Shown: positions 26,880-33,755 of the stretch, piece after piece
How the letters are laid out: each line of letters starts with the position of its first letter
How positions within the stretch are numbered: the first letter of the stretch is position 1
Assembly (NCBI GenBank): GCA_019347945.1
Contig: JAHWKK010000002.1
Coordinates: forward strand, 157,316-221,315
DNA from: Acidobacteriota bacterium
GTDB taxonomy: Bacteria > Acidobacteriota > Thermoanaerobaculia > Gp7-AA8 > JAHWKK01
Direction: 5' to 3'
Length of the DNA: 64,000 nucleotides
The notes under the pieces: model-generated
The model's input: the letters and a program-made list of their open reading frames with translations, nothing else
Told to the model about the DNA's origin: nothing
The model's database searches: none
Made by a program: the position numbers and the translations under genes

Positions 26880-27389
26880 ATGTCCGAGATCGTCATCCGC
26901 ACCGCCACCCGCTCCGACAAAAAATCCTTCATCGAACTGGTCGAGGCTCATATCGCCTTCGAGAAGATGGAACCGATGACTCCGGAGGCGAAAGAACGCC
27001 TGCTGCAGGACGGATTCGGCGACCACCGCAGGTTCTCCGCTTTTCTCGCCTCGCTCGACGATCGCGACGTCGGCTACGCAATCACCTACGAGGCCTACTC
27101 CTCGTTTCTCGCCCGGCCGGTCTTCTACCTCGAGGACATCTTCGTCTACGAGGACGTTCGCGGGGAGGGCTTCGGCGGAAAGATGTTCCAGTATCTCGTC
27201 GAAGAGGCCGTCGACCGCAACTGCGCCAGGATGGAATGGATGGTCATCGACTGGAACGAGAACGCGATCGGATTCTACGAGAGACGCGGCGCCATTCAGC
27301 TCAGCGAATGGCATTCCTACCGGCTCGATGAAAGCCAGTTGAAGTCGCTTGCTGCACGCGGAGAATCACGATCGCTGCAGACCGAATGA
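26880..27389 (+). CDS. GNAT-family N-acetyltransferase
   Basis: IRTATRSD...LEDIFVYEDVRGEGFGGKMFQYL...FYERRGA. The Met at 26880 is chosen; the ORF is open further upstream across the mutY 3' end. Confidence 0.8.
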   Translation: MSEIVIRTATRSDKKSFIELVEAHIAFEKMEPMTPEAKERLLQDGFGDHRRFSAFLASLDDRDVGYAITYEAYSSFLARPVFYLEDIFVYEDVRGEGFGGKMFQYLVEEAVDRNCARMEWMVIDWNENAIGFYERRGAIQLSEWHSYRLDESQLKSLAARGESRSLQTE

Positions 27390-27430
27390 AAAAAGGCCAG
27401 GGCAGGTCAATGACCCGGCGGGGTCTGAAG

Positions 27431-27459
27431 TCCTTCTTCACTCCTCACTCTTCTCTTCG
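27431..27459. repeat. Short one-armed CT-rich heptamer array (CACTCTT family)
   Basis: TCCTTCTTCACTCCTCACTCTTCTCTTCG, the same family and orientation as 1538 and 9245. Confidence 0.6.
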
Positions 27460-27475
27460 TTAGACTCGAAATACC

Positions 27476-29317
27476 TTGAGTCCTGATACGAGTAGCGTCA
27501 ACGTGCGCCGGTCGTCATTTCTCTTCCTCCTGGGAGCGACGATCGTTGCCGCGATCGGCTGCGATCGTCAGGTCCCCGCCAGCTCCTCCGAAGAAGCACA
27601 CCTCAAACCGACGGAGGCACGGCAGCAGCTTCTCGGGCGGCTGGATCAGATCGAGGCTCACGGCAAATCCTCGTTACACGCCACGACCGTGAAGACTCTC
27701 TGGAGCCGGGGTACGACAGTCGATCGACTCACGCTCGAAGCACCCCCTCGAGGCATTCTCGAAACCGCCATCGCCATCGATCCATCGGCCTCGCTGCTCG
27801 TAAATGGCCATTTCGAGCTCAGAATCGGATTGACGGACGAAAACGATGAATACACTGAAATTTTCGAACGCTCCTACCCGGCTGACGATTCAGGAGGATG
27901 GATATCTCTGAGCATCGATCTCAAAGACCGGAGCGGTCCGGTGGATCTTTCCTTTCACAAGCGACATCTCGGCGAGGCAAGCGAGTTGCTCGCCGACTTC
28001 GAGATCGCCGCCACGGACCTCGTCGTCTGGAGATTTCCTCGAATCGTTCCGCAGAGCCTCGATCGTCCGAACGTGATTCTGATCTCGCTCGACACGCTCC
28101 GACCCGATCATCTCGGGCTCGAGGGATACCGCCGCAATACTTCACCCAATATCGACGCGCTGGCCCGCAACGGAACGTACTTCGGAGCATGCTTCAGCCA
28201 GGCGCCATGGACCATGCCGGCTCATTATTCGATCCTCAGCGGGACACTCCCCTCGACCAGCGGCTCGGTCAGCCCGGTTCAGTCGATCGTCGTTCCGATG
28301 CCGAGTGTGCCGATGCTGGCTGAACTGATGCGCGATGCCGGCTACCTGACGGCGGCATTCACCGGAGGCGGGGCGGTCTCAGCGGATCTCGGCTTCGACA
28401 GAGGCTTCGATGCGTACGACGAAACCGATCTGGTCGACGGAAGTGACGTCACCACGATCGTATCCAAAGCTTCCGAGTGGCTGAGACGCCGCAGGAACCG
28501 CAGCTTCTTCCTCTTCATTCACTCTTATGAACCTCACGAGCCGTTCACGGATCATCGCTTCATCGATGGCGAGTCTCCTTCCCGGGACTTCGAAGCGAAC
28601 CTCGTCGCGAAGTACGACGGGGACATCAGCCGCGCCGACGAAGCTCTCGGAGAGCTCTTTCAGTTGCTTCGGAGCCAGGGCCTCGACTCGAATACGATCG
28701 TGCTCGTCACCTCCGACCACGGCAAGGAGTTCTTTGAACGTAGAGTTCCACCCTGGGAGTCCTTTGCCGAGCATGGTCACACTCTCTACGACGAAATTCT
28801 CCGGGTTCCGCTCGTCATGAGTGGACCGGACGTTCCGAAAGGGATGATCGTCACGGCCCAGATTCGCTCGATCGACATCGCACCGACCATCCTCGCACTC
28901 ATCGGTCTGGACGGCGCCCTCGGGATGGAAGGAAAGGACCTCACACCGTGGATGAATGGACAGCGGCGGGATGACCTTCCGGCTTTCGCCGAGGCGACGA
29001 CTTACGGCCCGGCGAGGGAGAGTCTCCGCACCGGTGGGTACAAGCTGATCCGTCGGACCGGTTATGGACAGCTGAGCCATCCCTGTTGTTCATCCTTTCC
29101 GATGACTCCGCGTGAAGAGCTTTACGATCTTTCCACCGATCCCAGCGAAGCGAACAACCTCGCTGGATCCGCTCCGGCCGTGCTCGGGCGGCTCCGCTCC
29201 GAGATCTCCCTCATCGGCGTCGAAGCTGCCACGCAAGCACCCGGCGGAACGCGGGACTCTTCTTCCCCCAGCTCCGATACGATCAACTCACTGCGTAGCC
29301 TCGGCTATCTTCAGTGA
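27476..29317 (+). CDS. Sulfatase-like hydrolase/transferase (alkaline-phosphatase superfamily) lipoprotein
   Basis: TTG start and lipobox AAIGC. ILISLDTLRPDHLG, SQAPWTMPAHYSILSG and LVTSDHGKEF motifs are present. Confidence 0.8.
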   Translation: MSPDTSSVNVRRSSFLFLLGATIVAAIGCDRQVPASSSEEAHLKPTEARQQLLGRLDQIEAHGKSSLHATTVKTLWSRGTTVDRLTLEAPPRGILETAIAIDPSASLLVNGHFELRIGLTDENDEYTEIFERSYPADDSGGWISLSIDLKDRSGPVDLSFHKRHLGEASELLADFEIAATDLVVWRFPRIVPQSLDRPNVILISLDTLRPDHLGLEGYRRNTSPNIDALARNGTYFGACFSQAPWTMPAHYSILSGTLPSTSGSVSPVQSIVVPMPSVPMLAELMRDAGYLTAAFTGGGAVSADLGFDRGFDAYDETDLVDGSDVTTIVSKASEWLRRRRNRSFFLFIHSYEPHEPFTDHRFIDGESPSRDFEANLVAKYDGDISRADEALGELFQLLRSQGLDSNTIVLVTSDHGKEFFERRVPPWESFAEHGHTLYDEILRVPLVMSGPDVPKGMIVTAQIRSIDIAPTILALIGLDGALGMEGKDLTPWMNGQRRDDLPAFAEATTYGPARESLRTGGYKLIRRTGYGQLSHPCCSSFPMTPREELYDLSTDPSEANNLAGSAPAVLGRLRSEISLIGVEAATQAPGGTRDSSSPSSDTINSLRSLGYLQ

Positions 29318-29372
29318 CGTCGCCTCGACGCAAACGTACCCGCGACATTCCGGACTCGAATCCTTTACCGAT

Positions 29373-30893
29373 ATGATTTGCCGTATGAAAACGCGATTCC
29401 CGATGGCAGGACTGATCGCTCTCATCCTCTCTCTCCCTCTTCTCGCTCAGGAAGCCCCGACGGCGACCGACGAAGAGAAGCGAGTCCCCGAGGAGCGCGC
29501 GGTCGCGACGGAGCACCAGGTCACGATCGACGGGAAGCCGATCCGTTATCGGGCAACGGCCGGAACCTATATTCTCGAGGAAGAGGACGGGACCCCGAAA
29601 GCGGAGATTTTCTATATTGCCTACCAGAGACTCGGCCTCAACGATATGGCCGCGCGACCGCTCACTTTCTCTTACAACGGAGGACCCGGCTCATCCTCGG
29701 TCTGGCTCCACCTCGGGCTCCTCGGGCCGCGGAGGATCGATATGGGAGAGGAAGGGCACGCTCCCGCCCCTCCATACCAGGTGAGCCCCAACCCCTGGTC
29801 GCTCCTCGACGTCACCGACCTCGTCTTCATCGACCCGGTCATGACGGGCTACAGCCGTCCGGTTCCGGGCGAGGACAAATCGCAGTTCACCGGTCTGCGG
29901 GAGGATGTCGAGGCCGTCGGGAAGTTCATCCACATGTACGTCAACCGGAACGAGCGATGGGCATCACCGAAGTATCTGATCGGCGAGAGCTATGGAACGA
30001 CACGCACCGCGGCTCTTTCGAACTGGCTTCAGGAGCGGCATGGGATGTATCTGAATGGAGTGATGCTGATCTCCTCGATTCTGAACTTCCAGACCGCACG
30101 CTTCGACGTCGGCAACGACCTCCCCTATATCCTGTTCCTTCCGACCTACGCCGCCACCGCATGGTTCCATCGCCAGCTCGAGCCGGCACTGCAGCAGACG
30201 AGCCTTCGTGACTTTCTCGATGAAGTCGAGGAGTTCGCGCTCGGCGACTACACGCTCGCACTGATGCGTGGGAACGACCTTCCGGAAGAAAGCAAAAGGG
30301 AGATTGCCGGCCGCCTCGCCCGCTACACCGGTCTCGATCCACAGTACGTTCTCGACACGAATCTCCGCATCCGGATCTGGCGGTTCACCAAGGAGCTCCG
30401 GCGCGACGAACGGACCACGGTCGGCCGTCTCGACAGCCGGTTCACCGGTACCGATTACGACGCGGCGGGAGAATCGTACGAGTACGATCCCAGCTACGCC
30501 GAGATCCTCGGGCCATTTGCCGGTGCGCTCAACCACTACATCACGAGCGAGCTCGATTTCCAGGCGGAGGTTCCGTACGAGATCCTGACCGGCCGGGTCA
30601 GGCCGTGGAGTTACGACGAGTTCGAAGGGCGGTACGTCAACGTCGCCGACGAGCTTCGCCAGGCGATGACCCGCAATCCGGATCTCCGCGTCTTCGTCGC
30701 GAACGGCTACTACGATCTCGCCACTCCGTATTTCGCAACCGAGTACACTTTCGACCATCTCGCATTCGATCCCGGCTTCGAAGACCGGATCCGGATGGAG
30801 TACTACGAGGCGGGGCACATGATGTACATCCAGCGCCGCTCGCTCGAGGCGCAGCGGGCCCAGCTCGCAGCCTTCATCCGCGACTCGATGTAG
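29373..30893 (+). CDS. S10-family serine carboxypeptidase, secreted
   Basis: Signal peptide after Met 29373/29385. NGGPGSSS, catalytic GESYGTT, and C-terminal YEAGHMMY are present. Confidence 0.85.
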   Translation: MICRMKTRFPMAGLIALILSLPLLAQEAPTATDEEKRVPEERAVATEHQVTIDGKPIRYRATAGTYILEEEDGTPKAEIFYIAYQRLGLNDMAARPLTFSYNGGPGSSSVWLHLGLLGPRRIDMGEEGHAPAPPYQVSPNPWSLLDVTDLVFIDPVMTGYSRPVPGEDKSQFTGLREDVEAVGKFIHMYVNRNERWASPKYLIGESYGTTRTAALSNWLQERHGMYLNGVMLISSILNFQTARFDVGNDLPYILFLPTYAATAWFHRQLEPALQQTSLRDFLDEVEEFALGDYTLALMRGNDLPEESKREIAGRLARYTGLDPQYVLDTNLRIRIWRFTKELRRDERTTVGRLDSRFTGTDYDAAGESYEYDPSYAEILGPFAGALNHYITSELDFQAEVPYEILTGRVRPWSYDEFEGRYVNVADELRQAMTRNPDLRVFVANGYYDLATPYFATEYTFDHLAFDPGFEDRIRMEYYEAGHMMYIQRRSLEAQRAQLAAFIRDSM

Positions 30894-30904
30894 ACCCGCC
30901 CGGG

Positions 30905-31624
30905 ATGCCGGCCGTCGTGGCGCCCCCGCGATACACTTTCGCGATGACTCTTCGAGCCCTGGCGGCACTCGGGATCGCGGCCGCCGCGGTTTTCCCAGGC
31001 TGCCGCGCCGAGGGGAATCTCGAATCGTTCCCCGAGCGAAATCCCGCGCCGGTAATGGCATTCGAAGGCGCGGAATGGCTCGAGCGCCCCACCCGCGCGA
31101 TCGAGGAGCGACCCGACATCGTGCTCGATGCAATGGATCTCCGCAATGGCGACATGGTCGCCGAGATCGGAAGCGGGACCGGCTACTATGCCCGCCGCCT
31201 CGCGAAGGAAGTCTCACCGGATGGCGAAGTGTGGGCCGTCGACATCCAGCCGGAAATGCTCGAGCTGATGGAGGATCTCGCAGCCGACGAAGGGATTGAG
31301 AACATCGTTCCGATCCTCGGCACCGAGACAGATCCGAACCTGCCGACAGCAACCTTCGACTGGATCCTCATCGCCGACGTCTATCACGAGATGCAGGAAC
31401 CGCAGGCGATGCTGCGCGCAATCCGGGCAGCTGTCACCGACGAGGGCCGTATCGCGCTCGTCGAATATCGACTCGAGGGCGCTACCGCCGAGCACATCCG
31501 GCTCGAGCATCGGATGTCAGTGACTCAGATCCTTGCCGAATGGCTTCCCGCCGGGTTCGATCTGGTCGACCGGATCGAGACTCTTCCGTCGCAACACCTG
31601 CTGATCTTCGAGAAATCAGAATGA
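30905..31624 (+). CDS. Class I SAM-dependent methyltransferase, probable lipoprotein
   Basis: Motif I VAEIGSGTGYYARRLA and lipobox VFPGC. The start is at 30905 or 30944. Confidence 0.8.
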   Translation: MPAVVAPPRYTFAMTLRALAALGIAAAAVFPGCRAEGNLESFPERNPAPVMAFEGAEWLERPTRAIEERPDIVLDAMDLRNGDMVAEIGSGTGYYARRLAKEVSPDGEVWAVDIQPEMLELMEDLAADEGIENIVPILGTETDPNLPTATFDWILIADVYHEMQEPQAMLRAIRAAVTDEGRIALVEYRLEGATAEHIRLEHRMSVTQILAEWLPAGFDLVDRIETLPSQHLLIFEKSE

Positions 31625-31626
31625 AT

Positions 31627-31679
31627 CCGGTGGCCGGTGGCCGGTGGCCGGTGGCCGGTAACCGGTGGCCGGTAGCCGG
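31627..31679. repeat. Heptamer array, left arm: (CCGGTGG)4 CCGGTAA CCGGTGG CCGGTAG
   Basis: Seven 7-mers begin 3 nt after the methyltransferase stop. The partner arm is at 32073-32100. Confidence 0.92.
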
Positions 31680-31829
31680 ATTGACGAAAGTCGCAGTACG
31701 AGTACATGGAGCGGCGACTCACGATCCCGCGCCCAGATTCTTCGCCCGCGCTTCGCCGGGCTCAGAATGACGACTGTTGTGTTTGCGCGAAGCGCCGATC
31801 ATGGACGAATGTTTGCTCTCGCGCTACCC

Positions 31830-32044
31830 AAACATTCGTCATCTTGAGTAATTGACCGGCGCGTTGCGCCGGTGAAGCTGGAATGAAAACCGGAGCCCGC
31901 AAAACTCCGCACCCATACTCAAACCGACGTCGTCCCGAGCGGGCGGTCGGGGTGGGCAAGGGTCGAAGTCCACGCAATTTCGTCGTCGTTTCATTAGGAG
32001 GAGCAAAGCGACGAAGGACTGGGGCACGCTCGTGAATTGACGGT
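31830..32044 (+). repeat. Conserved intergenic core element, copy C (about 45-nt internal deletion)
   Basis: Aligns with 15859-16115. It lacks the segment GGCGAAGGACCTCGCAGGTTGGGACATCAG...GCGGCA. Both CGTCATCYTGAG boxes are present but diverged. Confidence 0.85.
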
Positions 32045-32072
32045 GCAAATTCATGCAGTGGAGCAACCCTCC

Positions 32073-32100
32073 GGCAACCGGCAACTGGCAACCGGCAACC
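32073..32100. repeat. Heptamer array, right arm: GGCAACC GGCAACT GGCAACC GGCAACC
   Basis: Four 7-mers ending 4 nt before the rimO stop. Confidence 0.9.
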
Positions 32101-32104
32101 CTCT

Positions 32105-33454
32105 TCAAACGACGGCCGCAACGAGGTCGTACGGATGCGCGTCGCTCACCTCGACCCGTGCGAATGACGGGAGCGCACCCAGCCGGTCGATTCCGTCATT
32201 GATCAGGAGCCGTCCGTCGATCTCGGGTGCCTGCGAAACGAGCCGCCCTTCGAGAAGGTGCTCGGTCTCGGAGCAGACCCCGGTCACGATTGCATCGAAT
32301 CTGCGCCCGACGCGGGCCCGGTTCAGCTCGAGCGAGATCTCCTGCTGCATCTCCATCAGGGCGTCGCGCCGGCGATCGGCCGTCTGCCGCGCCGATGTTT
32401 TCATCCGTCCTGCAGGCGTTCCCTCTTCGGACGAGTAACTGAAGACGCCGACCTGTTCCATTCTCGCCCACTCCACGAAGCTCTCGAGCTCGCGAAAGGC
32501 ACGGGTGGTCTCGCCCGGGTGCCCCGTGATGAAGGTCGTCCGCAGCGACAGATCGGGAACGAGCTCGCGCATCCGGTCGATCATCTTCCGGTATTCGTCT
32601 GCTGAGCCAGGCCGGCGCATCACCCGAAGAACCTCTTCCGAAACGTGCTGCAGCGGAATGTCGCAATACGAGGCGAACCGTTTCTCTTTTCCCATCAGCT
32701 CGAAAAGGCTCCAATCGAGACTTCCCGGGTATGCGTAGAGGAATCGGATCCACTCGAAACCAGTCTCGGCGAGAAGCCTTTCGACGAGGCGAGTCAGTCC
32801 GCTCCCGAGGCCAATGTCCTCCCCGTACCGGGTCGTATCCTGAGCGACGAGACAGAGCTCCATCGCACCGGCCTCCTCGAGCTGGCGCGCCTCACGAACG
32901 AGCGAGTCGATGCCGCGGCTGCGGAACTTTCCTCTCATCTGCGGGATCGCGCAGAACGTGCAGGCGTTCGAGCAGCCTTCCGAGACCTTCAGATACGCGT
33001 GGGGAGCCCCCTGGGCGAGAACGCGCGGGAGATCTTCGTAGAGCCGCTTCGACATTCGTCGCTTCACCGGAGCCGCGTCGACGTCACCGGTGACCGCTTC
33101 GGAGATCTTCTCGAGATGGTCGAGTCCGACGAATGCGTCGATCTCGGGGATCGACTCCTGCAGCTCCGCACGGTACTTCTGCACCATGCAGCCGGTGACG
33201 ACGAGCCTTTTAGCAGCTCCCGACTTGAGTTGTGCCGCCTCGAGAATCGTGTCGACCGATTCCTGCCGCGCGGCGTCGATGAACCCGCAGGTGTTGACGA
33301 TCACGACATCGGCGCTGCCGGGGTCGTTGGTGATCTCGACCTCGGAGGCCGCGCGGAGCTGTCCCAGCATGATCTCGGCATCCACGAGATTCTTGGGGCA
33401 CCCGAGCGAGATCATCGAGACCTTTCTCGGAGCCCTTTCCACCGTCTCTTCCAT
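32105..33454 (-). CDS. rimO: Ribosomal protein S12 methylthiotransferase (radical SAM, MiaB family)
   Basis: VSMISLGCPKNLVDAE N-terminus, radical-SAM CSNACTFCAIP, and a C-terminal TRAM domain. The Met at 33454 is chosen. Confidence 0.9.
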   Translation of the reverse strand: MEETVERAPRKVSMISLGCPKNLVDAEIMLGQLRAASEVEITNDPGSADVVIVNTCGFIDAARQESVDTILEAAQLKSGAAKRLVVTGCMVQKYRAELQESIPEIDAFVGLDHLEKISEAVTGDVDAAPVKRRMSKRLYEDLPRVLAQGAPHAYLKVSEGCSNACTFCAIPQMRGKFRSRGIDSLVREARQLEEAGAMELCLVAQDTTRYGEDIGLGSGLTRLVERLLAETGFEWIRFLYAYPGSLDWSLFELMGKEKRFASYCDIPLQHVSEEVLRVMRRPGSADEYRKMIDRMRELVPDLSLRTTFITGHPGETTRAFRELESFVEWARMEQVGVFSYSSEEGTPAGRMKTSARQTADRRRDALMEMQQEISLELNRARVGRRFDAIVTGVCSETEHLLEGRLVSQAPEIDGRLLINDGIDRLGALPSFARVEVSDAHPYDLVAAVV

Positions 33455-33494
33455 CGCCGCGAGGAACGAGGGAACCGGATGGGTTATTCGCGGA

Positions 33495-33522
33495 GGAGAG
33501 CGGCGAGCGGGCGAGCGACGCG
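33495..33522. repeat. Heptamer-type arm (GAGCGGC / GAGCGGG / GAGCGAC units)
   Basis: Complementary to 33712-33744 across a spacer of about 190 nt. Confidence 0.75.
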
Positions 33523-33711
33523 GGCCCGGGCTTGCGCGAGGTCCCGCCATACCGGGAGGGCGAGCCTCTGGTGAGCCGCGAGCTAGCGGGATTTGGCCAG
33601 CTGACACGCCAAGCCCCCGCCCGGATGGTCGCGGGTTTCAGGCTCGATCTCGAGGATCGCGGCTCGCTAGAATTGCATCGCCCAAGGTCACCATCGGTTA
33701 GAGCCTGCAAG

Positions 33712-33744
33712 CGCGCTCGTCGCTCACCGCTCGCCGCTCGTCAC
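33712..33744. repeat. Heptamer-type arm (CGCTCGT / CGCTCAC / CGCTCGC units)
   Basis: Its reverse complement GTGACGAGCGGCGAGCGGTGAGCGACGAGCGCG matches 33495-33522 with few mismatches. It lies about 10 nt past the E1 gene stop. Confidence 0.75.
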
Positions 33745-33755
33745 TAATTTTTCGC

